Positions 1 through 10,534 of a stretch of DNA of 64,000 bases are shown one piece after another (the stretch's first letter is position 1; each line of letters opens with the position of its first letter). This stretch comes from Yoonia sp. (lineage in GTDB: Bacteria; Pseudomonadota; Alphaproteobacteria; Rhodobacterales; Rhodobacteraceae). The DNA is taken from assembly GCA_965660685.1 (NCBI GenBank), contig CBFIAX010000013.1:937-64936 (forward strand), read 5' to 3'. Made by a program: the position numbers and the translations under genes. A model generated the notes under the pieces. It had not been told where the DNA came from. It saw only the letters and a program-made list of their open reading frames with translations, and ran no database searches.

Positions 1-349
1 TTTCGTGACCGATCACCATCACAGGACGGCCGTCCAGACGGCCAATACCGCCCATGACCGCGTGGTCATCGGCAAAGTTCCGATCACCTGCGAGCGGTGT
101 GTATTCGGTGAACAACGCGTTGATATAGTCTTTGCAATGCGGGCGCTCTGGATGACGCGCGACCTGACATTTGCGCCAAGCTGTCAAGTCTTTGTAAAGT
201 GACGCCTTCATTTCCGCGGCTTTTTTATCAAGCGCGGCGGCCTCTGCCTCTATATCCATTTCGTCGTTTTCGCGGGCCATGGCGCGCAGTTCTTCTGCCT
301 TGGATTCAATTTCAGCGAGCGGTTTTTCGAATTCAAGATATTGAGTCAT
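1..349 (-). CDS. accA: acetyl-CoA carboxylase carboxyltransferase alpha subunit (5' part; runs off window edge)
   Basis: Manual translation: [22 protein letters not shown]...[14 protein letters not shown]...[31 protein letters not shown], a typical AccA N-terminus; absent from the ORF track. Confidence 0.95.
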   Translation of the reverse strand, partial: MTQYLEFEKPLAEIESKAEELRAMARENDEMDIEAEAAALDKKAAEMKASLYKDLTAWRKCQVARHPERPHCKDYINALFTEYTPLAGDRNFADDHAVMGGIGRLDGRPVMVIGHE

Positions 350-483
350 GGATCGGGCCTTTGCATCTGTTGTGTCAGATATATGCTGCAGGGGATGCGG
401 GTGCAATGCGCATTGGCGCTTTGCGTTGACGTAGGGTCTTGTGGCAAGGTTTTATTGAGTATTTGAAACAATGCGAGGCGGTG

Positions 484-1077
484 ATGGATAAGTTAGACCT
501 TAAAAAGACCGATCGCCTGTTTTATGCGGGCAAGCTGGGCGAATGGACGCGGATTACGCTGCCGGTGGTGCAGTATTTGGCGATTGAAGGGCACGGCGAT
601 CCGGGCGGGCCGGACTATGCGGCGGCTTTGGCGGCGTTATATCCCGTGGCCTATGGGATTAAGTTTGCACGCAAGGCTGAGGGTCGCGATTTTGTTGTCC
701 CGCCGCTTTCAGCTGTTTGGTGGTCCGATAAATTGGATGCGTTTACAACCAATGCGCGGGATTTGTGGCAGTGGCGGGCGATGATCCGCATGCCGGATTA
801 CGTAACGCGGACGGATTTGGTTTTGGCGAAATCATTAAAGGGCGTTGATGCGCCGGTGTCCCTGATTTCCGTGGAAGAGGGGCTGTGTTTGCAGACCTTG
901 CACGTTGGACCATATACCGATGAAGGGCCTGTTTTGGCCGACTTGCATGATAACGTCATGCCCGCGATGGGGCTGACATTTGGCCAGCCGCATCACGAGA
1001 TTTACTTATCTGACCCGCGACGTGTCGCGCCTGAAAAACTGCGCACGATATTGCGCCAGCCGGTTACGCCCCTGTGA
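484..1077 (+). CDS. GyrI-like small-molecule-binding domain protein
   Basis: MDKLDLKK...YLAIEGHGDP...LHVGPY.DEGP...HHEIYLSDPRR...LRTILRQP pattern. Confidence 0.8.
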   Translation: MDKLDLKKTDRLFYAGKLGEWTRITLPVVQYLAIEGHGDPGGPDYAAALAALYPVAYGIKFARKAEGRDFVVPPLSAVWWSDKLDAFTTNARDLWQWRAMIRMPDYVTRTDLVLAKSLKGVDAPVSLISVEEGLCLQTLHVGPYTDEGPVLADLHDNVMPAMGLTFGQPHHEIYLSDPRRVAPEKLRTILRQPVTPL

Positions 1078-2023
1078 TCATTTCGTATTGTTCGACAATG
1101 ACTTGGGCTTGCTTGATGGACGCGATGTCGACAAGACGACCCTTGTAAACGGTCGCACCTTCGCCGCGTGCTTTGGCGTCTTCCATCGCGGCAAGAATAT
1201 CGCGTGCCTCTGCGACGGCATCGGCGGATGGGGTGAAAACCTCGTTGGCCAGCCCGATCTGTTTGGGGTGGATCGCCCATTTGCCAACCATCCCAAGGGT
1301 CGCAGACCGGCGGGCTTGTGCGCGGTAGCCTTCGTCGTCAGAAAAGTCGCCAAATGGGCCGTCTACGGGTAAGATGCCGTGGGTCCGGCACGCCGCGACG
1401 ATGGCGGTTTGGGCAAGATGCCATGGGTCGGAATAGTGCCGTGTGTCGCCGTGCAGCATGTAGTAATTGTCTTGCGTCCCACCAATACCGGTTGTCTGCA
1501 TACCCATGGAGGCTGCGTAATCAGCGGCGCCCAGAGACATGGCAACCATACGCGGGCTGGACGCCGCGATTTCGTTCACGTTCACAAGACCAGCGGCGGA
1601 TTCGATGATGACCTCGAAATTAATCGGCTTGCTGCGGCCTTTGGCTGCTTCAATTGCGGTGACGAGCGCGTCAACGGCATAGATATCGGCCGCATTGCCC
1701 ACCTTTGGGATCATGATCTGATCTATGCGGTCGCCGGCCTGTTCCATCAAATCCACAACGTCGCGATACCAGTATGGCGTATCAAGCGAATTGATCCGCA
1801 CCGACAGCGTTTTGGTGTTCCAGTCAATGGTATTGATCGCCTCGATCACATTTGCGCGGGCGCTGTCTTTGTCGGATGGTGAAACGCTATCTTCGAGATC
1901 AAGATTGATGACATCAGCATCCGACGCCGCCATTTTCGCGAAAAGTTTGGTGTTCGACCCCGGGCCAAACAATTGGCAACGGTTCGGGCGGGCAGGGGGA
2001 GTTGGTTGCAGACGGAATGACAT
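1064..2023 (-). CDS. mcl1: (3S)-malyl-CoA/beta-methylmalyl-CoA lyase (ethylmalonyl-CoA pathway)
   Basis: MSFRLQPTPPARPNRCQLFGPGS...DLEDSV...GKWAIHP; CitE-like fold closely resembling Rhodobacter Mcl1. Confidence 0.93.
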   Translation of the reverse strand: MSFRLQPTPPARPNRCQLFGPGSNTKLFAKMAASDADVINLDLEDSVSPSDKDSARANVIEAINTIDWNTKTLSVRINSLDTPYWYRDVVDLMEQAGDRIDQIMIPKVGNAADIYAVDALVTAIEAAKGRSKPINFEVIIESAAGLVNVNEIAASSPRMVAMSLGAADYAASMGMQTTGIGGTQDNYYMLHGDTRHYSDPWHLAQTAIVAACRTHGILPVDGPFGDFSDDEGYRAQARRSATLGMVGKWAIHPKQIGLANEVFTPSADAVAEARDILAAMEDAKARGEGATVYKGRLVDIASIKQAQVIVEQYEMITGA

Positions 2024-2112
2024 GGTGGCGCACCTTTATTTCGTAAAAGTTGCGTCAATGGTTAGATTGTTGCGAGGCGGATCGCAAGGAGCATTTTGCA
2101 CCTGCAGCAATT

Positions 2113-2138
2113 TGCCCCCGCTATTTCCAGCGGGGGCG
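2113..2138. terminator. GC-rich hairpin just downstream of tyrB
   Basis: GCCCCCGCT-ATTTCC-AGCGGGGGC inverted repeat; weak U-tract. Confidence 0.5.
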
Positions 2139-2144
2139 ATTGTC

Positions 2145-3332
2145 TTAGACGCCTGCGGCGACGATTGCCTTGGCCAGAACCGGCACGGTTTCTGTGTTGA
2201 GGCCTGCAATATTCATGCGGCTATCGCCCACCATGTAAATCCCGTGATCGGCGCGCAGTTTTTCAACAAGCTCTGGCGTGGTGCCAAGCAGACTGAACAT
2301 GCCGCGGTGATGGGCGAGAAACGCAAAACGGTCCGAATTGGTCAGGCGCTTCAGCTCGTCTGCCAATTGCTGGCGCAGGGCGAGCATGCCGTTGCGGGTT
2401 TCTTCCAGCTCTGCTTCCCAATCGGCACGCAGGGCGGGATCGGATAGGATCGTTGTCACAACACGTGCACCGTGATCTGGCGGGAAGGAAAAGTTCTGAC
2501 GGTTCAAGAAATTCATATTTTGCTGCGCCATTGCAGATTGTTCGGCGGATTTGCCAACAGCCATCAGGATGCCTGTACGCTCGCGGTAGATGCCAAAGTT
2601 TTTTGAACATGATGCGGCGATCAAGACGTTATCGAATGCGTCTGCGACCTTGCGTGTCGCAGCGGAATCTTCGATTAGGCCGTCACCGAACCCTTGGTAT
2701 GCGATGTCGATAAACGGTGTTGCGGATTTTTCCTGCAACAGTTTCACAACGCCATCCCATTGCGGCATGGATAAGTTCGCGCCCGTTGGATTGTGGCAGC
2801 AGCCGTGAAGCAGCACAATGTCGCCCGGCAAAACGCCGCCCAGATCGGTGAGCATGCCGACATAGTCAACGCCGCGCGTCTCAGGATCGAAATAGCGGTA
2901 TGTTTTGGATTTCATGCCCAGATATTTGATAATCGACGGGTGGTTCGGCCAAGTCGGATCGGACAGCCAGACGGTTGCATCAGGGGCTGCCATTTTGATC
3001 AGTTCTAACGCTTGGCGGATCGCACCAGTACCGCCAGGAGTGGCGACAGCAGCAACGCGGTCACGGGGCAATGTGTCGCCCAACACCAGATCGATCATCA
3101 CGTCTGAAAATGCAGGATCACCTGCCAGACCCACATAGGCCTTGGATGTTTGTTCGGCCTGCAGGCGCTTTTCAGCTTCTTTCACCGCGCGCATAACAGG
3201 CGTGTTGCCAGATGCGTCTTTATAAACACCGACGCCAAGGTCGACTTTGGTGTCGCGCGGATCGGCGCGGTAGGCGGCCATCAGGGCGAGGATTTTATCA
3301 GCAGGTTGTTTTTGAAGCGCGTTCAGCAGCAT
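2145..3332 (-). CDS. tyrB: aromatic amino acid aminotransferase
   Basis: DLGVGVYKD, TPGGTGA, LHGCCHNPTG, DIAYQGFG, SCSKNFGIYRERTG motifs. Confidence 0.93.
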   Translation of the reverse strand: MLLNALQKQPADKILALMAAYRADPRDTKVDLGVGVYKDASGNTPVMRAVKEAEKRLQAEQTSKAYVGLAGDPAFSDVMIDLVLGDTLPRDRVAAVATPGGTGAIRQALELIKMAAPDATVWLSDPTWPNHPSIIKYLGMKSKTYRYFDPETRGVDYVGMLTDLGGVLPGDIVLLHGCCHNPTGANLSMPQWDGVVKLLQEKSATPFIDIAYQGFGDGLIEDSAATRKVADAFDNVLIAASCSKNFGIYRERTGILMAVGKSAEQSAMAQQNMNFLNRQNFSFPPDHGARVVTTILSDPALRADWEAELEETRNGMLALRQQLADELKRLTNSDRFAFLAHHRGMFSLLGTTPELVEKLRADHGIYMVGDSRMNIAGLNTETVPVLAKAIVAAGV

Positions 3333-4198
3333 CAGGCGTCTCCGGTTGAGAGTGGAAGGTCATCGTACATGCCCCATTCGGCCCAAGAGCCGTCATAGAG
3401 CGCATGGTCGGTTTTGCCGATCCGTTCCAGCGCAAGGCAAAGGATCGCGGCAGTCACACCAGACCCGCAGGTGGTGATGACGGGTTTGGTCAGATCAGCC
3501 CCAGCGGCGGCAAAGGCCGCTTGGATTTGCGGAACGGCTTTCATTGTGCCGTTTGGGTTCAGCAGGTCTTTGAAAAACAGGTTGCGCGATGTCGGGATAT
3601 GCCCAGACCGCAGACCTGCACGCGGCTCTGCCACTTCGCCCTTGAAACGGGCGTTGGGGCGGGCGTCGACGATTGTGTGGTCTTCGAGCTTGGCCGCACG
3701 GGCCACTTGGGTCACATCGCGCACCATCTGGTTCTGGCGCGTCACGGTCATATGCCTGTCGCGGATGACGGGCGGCAAGTCCGACATTTCGCGCCCCTCG
3801 GCCTGCCATTTGGGCAAGCCGCCGTCCAAAACAGCAACATCTGTTTTGCCCATCAAACGCAGCAGCCACCAAACGCGGGCTGCCGAGAATAGGCCAGACC
3901 CATCATAGACCACCACCTGATGCCCGTCGCCGACACCCATGGCCCGCATGCGCGACATGAATTTTTCCACAGGCGGCACCATATGGGGCATCTCGGAACG
4001 GAGGTCGGAAATTTCGTCGATATCAAAGAAACGCGCGCCCGGAATATGGCCCGCCGCATATTCGGCGGCGGCGTCACGGTTCATATCGGGTAAATACCAC
4101 GAGGCATCCAGAATCCGCAGATCAGGGTCGTTAAGATGGGCGGCCAGCCAATCGGTGCTGACAAGCGTTTTAGGATCATCAAGAGCAGCGTCAGACAT
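3332..4198 (-). CDS. sseA: 3-mercaptopyruvate sulfurtransferase
   Basis: Two rhodanese domains, CGSGVTA active site, LYDGSWAEWG; stop overlaps the tyrB start. Confidence 0.93.
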   Translation of the reverse strand: MSDAALDDPKTLVSTDWLAAHLNDPDLRILDASWYLPDMNRDAAAEYAAGHIPGARFFDIDEISDLRSEMPHMVPPVEKFMSRMRAMGVGDGHQVVVYDGSGLFSAARVWWLLRLMGKTDVAVLDGGLPKWQAEGREMSDLPPVIRDRHMTVTRQNQMVRDVTQVARAAKLEDHTIVDARPNARFKGEVAEPRAGLRSGHIPTSRNLFFKDLLNPNGTMKAVPQIQAAFAAAGADLTKPVITTCGSGVTAAILCLALERIGKTDHALYDGSWAEWGMYDDLPLSTGDA

Positions 4199-4269
4199 GG
4201 GGCACCTGTGCAATTTCAGTCAGCAATGTCCCTAGCGCGAAGGGGTGCGCCTGACAAGCATCACAACGC

Positions 4270-4297
4270 AAAACGGGCGCCCCAATCGAGACGCCCG
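4270..4297 (-). terminator. probable intrinsic terminator of the glycine-rich gene
   Basis: CGGGCG...CGCCCG stem followed by a T-run on the minus strand. Confidence 0.55.
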
Positions 4298-4322
4298 CCT
4301 AAAATTTGGTTAAGCCTGCGGC

Positions 4323-4628
4323 TTAGCCCATGAATTTGTTCTTCAGCATGCCAACAACAGCTGTGACGATCAGACCGCCAACGCCACCGCCAGCCAATTG
4401 ACCAACCATGGAACCGATGTCCAAACCTGGTGCAACTGCGTCAGCTGCGCCGCCAGCCATAGCACCTGCGCCGCCCATCAGGCCGCCCAAGATAGAACCG
4501 CCACCGAGGCCGCCAACAGCGCCTGCGATTGTGTTGCCGAGACCGCCCATGTTGGAGCCGGACAACAGTTTGCCTGCCCCGTTGCCACCAATCGCGCCGC
4601 CAATAACCTGTGCAATAATTGCTTCCAT
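4323..4628 (-). CDS. small glycine-rich (glycine-zipper-like) membrane protein
   Basis: GGAIGG/GAVGGLGGG/LAGGGVGG repeats; purine-rich RBS-like GGAACGGGGA upstream; own terminator. Confidence 0.75.
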   Translation of the reverse strand: MEAIIAQVIGGAIGGNGAGKLLSGSNMGGLGNTIAGAVGGLGGGSILGGLMGGAGAMAGGAADAVAPGLDIGSMVGQLAGGGVGGLIVTAVVGMLKNKFMG

Positions 4629-4778
4629 AGTCCCCGTTCCTTCTATTTCTGGGCTGAGTTAATATTCAACGGCATCGCCCAAGCCTATTGATGAACAAAC
4701 ACAAACAGGTCAGCAAAATGGCGCAATAGGGGCGTTTTCGCAGGTTTTTCCCCGCAAAACCTAACGTAAAGGACGGAA

Positions 4779-5252
4779 TTAGTCGCCGTGACGCAAAAGG
4801 CGTTGTTTCTGACGGCCCCAGTCGCGGGCGGCCTCTGATGCGCGTTTGTCGTGGTTTTTCTTGCCCTTAGCCGTCGCGATTTTGAGCTTTACCAAACCCC
4901 GATCGTTGAAATACATCACCAATGGTACAAGGGTCATGCCCTCGCGTTTGGTGGCATTCCATAGCCGAGACAGCTCTTTACGGCTACAAAGCAATTTGCG
5001 TTTGCGCCGTTCTTCATGCCCAAACATCGCCCGATCATAGGGCGCGATATAGGCATTGGTCAGCCACAGTTCCCCATCGTCTACTGACGCATAGCTTTCA
5101 GCGATGTTGGATTGGCCAAGGCGCAAGGATTTTACTTCGGACCCCTGCAGGATGATCCCAACTTCTAAATCCGCATCAATTGCAAAATCGTAGCGGGCCC
5201 TGCGATTTTCAGCGAGCACTTTGTAGTTTGTTTTTTCTAGTTTCTTGGCCAT
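4779..5252 (-). CDS. smpB: SsrA-binding protein
   Basis: [10 protein letters not shown]...[13 protein letters not shown]...RKRKLL...GKKNHDKR; start trimmed to MAKK. Confidence 0.97.
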   Translation of the reverse strand: MAKKLEKTNYKVLAENRRARYDFAIDADLEVGIILQGSEVKSLRLGQSNIAESYASVDDGELWLTNAYIAPYDRAMFGHEERRKRKLLCSRKELSRLWNATKREGMTLVPLVMYFNDRGLVKLKIATAKGKKNHDKRASEAARDWGRQKQRLLRHGD

Positions 5253-5324
5253 GATCATCAGATAGGCCAAGGGAGACATACGCACAAGTCTTGGCCCCCG
5301 CCGATTGGCACGAAAGGAACGCCC

Positions 5325-6521
5325 ATGACTGTGCCCATCATTCCCAACATGACCGCGCGTCGGATATTTTTGCAACGCCACGCGTTGACAGAGGCGCCCA
5401 GCGGAACAGGCAAAAGCACTGATTTGACAGGTGTCATCCGCAATTTGGGTTTTGTACAGCTTGATAGTGTGAATACCTTCGCCCGCGCCCACGATTTGAT
5501 CTTGTGGTCGCGCAGGCAGCAATATCGGCCATCAGGATTACAAAACGCCTTGGCCCGTGATCGCGCGGTTTTCGAGCATTGGACCCATGATGCGGCAGCG
5601 ATTGACATCGACCTTTATCCTTATTGGCGGCTCAAACAATCTCGCGACGCGACGCGCCTTGCATCCCATTGGCGCGATGTGCGGCGGGGTGACCTGATGC
5701 AGAAGATCGACGAGGTGCTGCGTCAGGTCAGCGACGAGGGGCCTTGTACGTCCGGTGATGTGGGCAAGGACGAGGTGAAGGGAAAAGGTGGCTGGTGGGA
5801 CTGGCACCCGTCCAAGACAGCGTTGGAATATTTGTGGCGATCGGGGCAATTGTCGGTCGTCCGCCGCGAAGGGTTCCGGAAGGTGTATGACCTGACTGAA
5901 AGGGTGATCCCGCCGGAACAGTTAAACGCACACCGCACCGAGGAAGAGACAGTCGACTGGGCCTGTGGTGCGGCGTTGGATAAGCTGGGGTTTGCCACAA
6001 CAGGCGAATTGGCCGCGTTCTGGGATATTGTGAAACCGGCAGAGGCAAAGGCTTGGGGCACAGCGGCCTTGGCCGAAAGGCGCGCGATTTGGGTTGACGT
6101 CGAGGGTGTTGACGGGAAATTGCGTCGGTCTCTCGCGCGGCCTGACGTTATGGACGAGGTGCCGCCAAAGCCGCAAAACCGTGTGCGCATTTTATCGCCG
6201 TTTGATCCCGCCCTGCGTGATCGCAAGCGGGCAGAGCGGTTGTTCGGGTTTTTCTACAGAATTGAAATTTTTGTGCCCGCGCCAAAGCGGCAATACGGCT
6301 ATTACGTATTTCCGGTGATGGAGGGGGATCAGCTGATCGGGCGGATCGATATGAAAGCGGATCGGCCCGCAGGCGTTTTGAATGTGACGGGGTTTTGGCC
6401 CGAGGAAGGCATCAAAATGGGCGCAGGTCGGCTAAAACGTCTGCAGGCGGAGCTACAGCGTGCGGCACGATTTGGTGGCTGTGAAGACCTTGTCTATGCT
6501 GTTGACTGGTGCAAGGGATGA
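5325..6521 (+). CDS. YcaQ/AlkZ-family winged-helix DNA glycosylase (crosslink repair)
   Basis: VQLDSVN (QxD motif), [39 protein letters not shown]. Confidence 0.88.
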   Translation: MTVPIIPNMTARRIFLQRHALTEAPSGTGKSTDLTGVIRNLGFVQLDSVNTFARAHDLILWSRRQQYRPSGLQNALARDRAVFEHWTHDAAAIDIDLYPYWRLKQSRDATRLASHWRDVRRGDLMQKIDEVLRQVSDEGPCTSGDVGKDEVKGKGGWWDWHPSKTALEYLWRSGQLSVVRREGFRKVYDLTERVIPPEQLNAHRTEEETVDWACGAALDKLGFATTGELAAFWDIVKPAEAKAWGTAALAERRAIWVDVEGVDGKLRRSLARPDVMDEVPPKPQNRVRILSPFDPALRDRKRAERLFGFFYRIEIFVPAPKRQYGYYVFPVMEGDQLIGRIDMKADRPAGVLNVTGFWPEEGIKMGAGRLKRLQAELQRAARFGGCEDLVYAVDWCKG

Positions 6522-6580
6522 TGGGTTGAAACCCATCCTACGGTCATGGTGACACTTTGTAGGATGGGTTTTAACCCATG
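6520..6580. repeat. GTAG-family REP doublet (REPIN-like), two 22-nt units in inverted orientation
   Basis: 6520-6541 reverse complement GTAGGATGGGTTTCAACCCATC; 6559-6580 GTAGGATGGGTTTTAACCCATG; third copy at 57704. Confidence 0.85.
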
Positions 6581-6581
6581 C

Positions 6582-7454
6582 CTAATTCAACAGACCGGCG
6601 TGCTGCATCCCTGCTTTGATTGCGGCTTTGGTATCGTCGGTCAGCGTGGTCAAGGGCGAACGTACCTCTTCTTCACATAGCCCCAACAAAGACATGCCGT
6701 ATTTCGCGCCGACAAGGCCGGGCTCCATGAACACCGCCTCGTGCAGTGGCATCAAGCGATCCAATTGGGTCAGCGCTGAGGCATAATCCCCCGCCAATGT
6801 GCTTTCCTGAAATTCCGCGCAAAGCTTGGCTGCGATGTTGGCTGTTACCGAAATGCAGCCCGTGCCACCGTGGGCGTTGAAGCCCAATGCGGTGGCATCT
6901 TCGCCGGACAGTTGCACGAAATCGTCGCCGCAGCGCATACGTTGTTTGGGCACACGCGCCAGATCGCCTGTCGCATCTTTGACGCCAATAATCATCGGCA
7001 GTTTTGCCAGCTCACCCATGGTGTCAGGTGTCATATCGACAACCGAACGGCCAGGAATGTTATAGATCACAATCGGCAGATCACAGCTCGCAGCCGCCGT
7101 GAAATGCGCGATCAGACCCGCTTGGGTTGGCTTGTTATAATATGGCGTGACGACCAATGCGGCATCCGCACCCGCCTTTTTGGCGGCCTCTACCAGACGG
7201 ACCGTTTCAATCGTGTTGTTGGACCCAGCGCCCGCAATCACAGGCACACGGCCCGCCGCCGCCTTGACGACAGTTTCCACAACCAGATCATGTTCGGCAT
7301 GGGTCAGTGTCGGGCTTTCGCCAGTTGTGCCCACAGGCACCAAACCGTGGCTGCCTTGATCAATATGCCACTCAACAAGTTTTTTCAGCGCATCAATATC
7401 CACTTTGCCGTTGTTAAACGGCGTGACAAGTGCAGGCAAAGACCCTTTGAACAT
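6582..7454 (-). CDS. dapA: 4-hydroxy-tetrahydrodipicolinate synthase
   Basis: [39 protein letters not shown]. Confidence 0.97.
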   Translation of the reverse strand: MFKGSLPALVTPFNNGKVDIDALKKLVEWHIDQGSHGLVPVGTTGESPTLTHAEHDLVVETVVKAAAGRVPVIAGAGSNNTIETVRLVEAAKKAGADAALVVTPYYNKPTQAGLIAHFTAAASCDLPIVIYNIPGRSVVDMTPDTMGELAKLPMIIGVKDATGDLARVPKQRMRCGDDFVQLSGEDATALGFNAHGGTGCISVTANIAAKLCAEFQESTLAGDYASALTQLDRLMPLHEAVFMEPGLVGAKYGMSLLGLCEEEVRSPLTTLTDDTKAAIKAGMQHAGLLN

Positions 7455-7602
7455 GACGCGCTTCCTTTTGGTGACGGCCCTGAATCGGGCCTTTGAATTC
7501 GCGCGGACATTAGACGCGTTTCCGCCGATGGACAAGTTTTGTGATTGCCCAATTGCGTGGTCGCATTAGGGTATGTGTAGAACAACCCAAAAGGACTGTT
7601 TG

Positions 7603-9678
7603 ATGCGTGTATTTGCCCTGTGTTTGGCGCTTGTTTTGCCGACGACAATTACTGCTCAAAATGCAGAGGCCGTGACCGCTGTGCAGGCTGCAAAAGACAA
7701 TGACTGGGACGTTGCATATGCCTTGGTCCCTGCTGGCGATGCGGTGGCGCGCGATGTCATTACATGGATGCGTTTGCGTGCGGGTGATGGCATTTTCGAG
7801 GATTATTTGGCATTCACCGCGACCCGCCCTGATTGGCCTGGATTGGATACAATCTATGCCCGCGGCGAAGAAGCGATGCTGGTCGAAACACCCCCCCAAA
7901 CAGTGATCAACTGGCTTGGCGAACGGCTCCCCGAAACCGGTGAGGGGGCCGTGCGACTGGCCGATGCGATGATTGCCCAAGGGCAGATTGAACCTGCCCA
8001 TGCCATGTTAGAAGAGGTTTGGGTCACATCGAACCTAACCGATACTGGGCACGTCGCGATGGTCGATAACTATGGCGACATGCTGGCACCATTCCACGAG
8101 GCCCGCACCGATGCTTTGCTCTGGCGTTGGCGGACAACGTCAGCAAAACGGATGATTGAATTGCTTGACGATGGCCCCGCTGCGGTGGCCGCCGCGCGTA
8201 TCGCCTATATCGAAAAGGCGGGCGACTTGTCGGAAAAGGTCGCGGCCATTCCGGCAAACATACGCGGCTCTGCTGGTCTGGACTATGACCGCTATAACTG
8301 GCTGGCCAATCGGGGTGACCGGACAGATGCGATAAAAATTATCAAGGCCCGTTCGACCAGTGCTGCCGCCTTGGGAGAGCCGTTTCGCTGGTCGGGCTGG
8401 CGCAGGTCATTGGCGCGCTGGGAAATGCGCGAGGGCCGGATTGAAAGCGCCTATGAACTGGCGACGAAACACTTTTTGACCGAAGGGTCAGCCTTTGCTG
8501 ATCTTGAATGGATCGCCGGTTATCTGGCGCTGACCTACCGCACGGATCCGCGCTTGGCCTTAACCCATTTTAAGGCGGCGAATGCGGCGGTCGACAGCCC
8601 GATTTCCGTGGGCCGCATGCAGTATTGGATCGGACGCAGTCATGAAATGCTGGACGATCAGGCGCAGGCTGTTGCGGCTTACCAGATTGCGGCACAGCAC
8701 CAAACGGGATTCTACGGATTGCTGGCTGCGCAAAAACTGGGCCTAGCGATGGACGCCACGCTGACGGGCGCAAATGATCCGACCGATTGGCAGGGGGCGC
8801 CGTTCATGTCCGACGACCTGACCCTCGCTGCGCTGACATTGCTGAAGGCGGGCGAACGCGGCCATGCCGTGAGGTTCTTCGCAGAATTGGGCAAGACATT
8901 GTCTGCCGACGATCTGGCCCGTTTGGGGGCGTGGCTACGGGCAGAGGATGAGGCTTATTATGCCGTCTTGCTTGGAAAAACCGCAGTGCGGCGCGGGGTC
9001 TTGGTGCCGTCGATCTATTTCCCGCTCCACGATCTGGCGGAGATGGACCAACCCGTGCCTGCGGCCCTGTCGATGTCTATCGCACGGCGGGAAAGCGAGT
9101 TTAATGCAGGCGTAGGCAGCCCCGTTGGGGCGCTCGGGCTGATGCAATTAATGCCCGCCACCGCCGAAGAGGTTGCCGGATTTATCGGAGAGCCGTATTC
9201 CAAGGCACGGCTGACCGGCGACTGGGCATATAATGCGCGGTTGGGATCGAAATATCTGTCGGTGCTCGAAGAAGATTTTGGCTATTCGCCCGTGATGATC
9301 GCGGCAGGCTATAACGCTGGGCCAAGCCGACCCAAAGCGTGGATGGACCAGCGCGGCGATCCGCGTGTGGGCGAGGTCGATGTGGTCGACTGGATTGAGC
9401 ATATCCCGTTTCGGGAAACCCGTAATTATGTGATGCGGGTGACAGAATCTATTCCGGTGTATGAGGCCCGACTGACAGGCAAGACCGGCCCAATCCGGTT
9501 CACTGATCTACTCATCGGCGTAAAGCCGATCATCAGGCCGCAATTACGACCCGCCAATCTGGGTGTGGTCCCTGTATCCGCGACCGACGCCGATGCGACA
9601 GCATCGCCGGAGCCCGCGGCGCCAAGCGGTCCAGCACCACTTAGCAGCCCTAGACCAATCAGTCGGGCTGGCGATTAA
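7603..9678 (+). CDS. soluble lytic murein transglycosylase (Slt70-like)
   Basis: Signal peptide; IARRESEF, GALGLMQLMPATA, AGYNAGP, IPFRETRNYV. Confidence 0.92.
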   Translation: MRVFALCLALVLPTTITAQNAEAVTAVQAAKDNDWDVAYALVPAGDAVARDVITWMRLRAGDGIFEDYLAFTATRPDWPGLDTIYARGEEAMLVETPPQTVINWLGERLPETGEGAVRLADAMIAQGQIEPAHAMLEEVWVTSNLTDTGHVAMVDNYGDMLAPFHEARTDALLWRWRTTSAKRMIELLDDGPAAVAAARIAYIEKAGDLSEKVAAIPANIRGSAGLDYDRYNWLANRGDRTDAIKIIKARSTSAAALGEPFRWSGWRRSLARWEMREGRIESAYELATKHFLTEGSAFADLEWIAGYLALTYRTDPRLALTHFKAANAAVDSPISVGRMQYWIGRSHEMLDDQAQAVAAYQIAAQHQTGFYGLLAAQKLGLAMDATLTGANDPTDWQGAPFMSDDLTLAALTLLKAGERGHAVRFFAELGKTLSADDLARLGAWLRAEDEAYYAVLLGKTAVRRGVLVPSIYFPLHDLAEMDQPVPAALSMSIARRESEFNAGVGSPVGALGLMQLMPATAEEVAGFIGEPYSKARLTGDWAYNARLGSKYLSVLEEDFGYSPVMIAAGYNAGPSRPKAWMDQRGDPRVGEVDVVDWIEHIPFRETRNYVMRVTESIPVYEARLTGKTGPIRFTDLLIGVKPIIRPQLRPANLGVVPVSATDADATASPEPAAPSGPAPLSSPRPISRAGD

Positions 9679-10534
9679 CCTGTCGTGTGCGCAGCAACGT
9701 AAACACGCCTGCGCCCACAACAATCACCGCACCAATTGCGACATTCGGGGCCAGCACTTCGCCAAAGACGCTGATCCCGATAGCGGCGCCAAAAACCAAT
9801 TGCAGATAAGCAAAGGGTTGTACCGCAGACGCCTCTGCCAATTCATATGTCTTGATCAACAAGAAATGCCCCGTTGCACCCGTGACGCAAAGCGCGCTCA
9901 TCCACAGCCAATCAGTTGCGATCATCGGCTCCCAATACCAAATACCGACGCAAGTCATTGCGACAGCGCCCGCAACGCCTGTCCAGAAAAACGAAACCGC
10001 GGCGCTGTCACGACTGGCAACATAGCGCGTCAGCAAGCCGTACACGGCGAATAGCACCGCAGACGTGAGCGGGATCACCGCATAGGGCGAAAACACCCCG
10101 ATCCCAGGTTTCAGTATCACAAGCACGCCTAAGAACCCGATCGCGATCGCTGTCCAACGCCGCCAGCCCGCCGTTTCACCCAAGATCGGACCAGACAAGG
10201 CCGCGACAATGAGCGGGTAACAGGCAAAAACTGCGAGGCTTTCGACTAGCCCTAATTTGGTGAATGCAAAGACCATAACGCAGATTTCTGTTGCTAACAG
10301 AAGCCCCCGAAAGATCTGCAATTTCGGCTGGGTCGTCGCGGCAGCGGCGCGCACCGATCCGGCCTGACGGGACGCAATCGTGATAACGAATGCAGCAAAG
10401 AACCAATATCGGATCATTACGATCATCAGCACGTTATATTCAGATGCAAGATGTTGGGAAATGCCGTCTTGCACCGCGAAAATGAACGAGGTGATGCACA
10501 TCAACCAGATGCCAAGGCGTGTATTATTTTCCAT
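9659..10534 (-). CDS. DMT/EamA family transporter
   Basis: About 10 hydrophobic segments; LGE...RRW..I.IGF.GVL.I..P motif. Confidence 0.9.
   Translation of the reverse strand: MENNTRLGIWLMCITSFIFAVQDGISQHLASEYNVLMIVMIRYWFFAAFVITIASRQAGSVRAAAATTQPKLQIFRGLLLATEICVMVFAFTKLGLVESLAVFACYPLIVAALSGPILGETAGWRRWTAIAIGFLGVLVILKPGIGVFSPYAVIPLTSAVLFAVYGLLTRYVASRDSAAVSFFWTGVAGAVAMTCVGIWYWEPMIATDWLWMSALCVTGATGHFLLIKTYELAEASAVQPFAYLQLVFGAAIGISVFGEVLAPNVAIGAVIVVGAGVFTLLRTRQVNRQPD

Noticed and set aside
5253-5522. N-terminal extension of smpB in the ORF track
   Set aside because: It overlaps the divergent ycaQ-like gene; SmpB homology begins at MAKK (5252).
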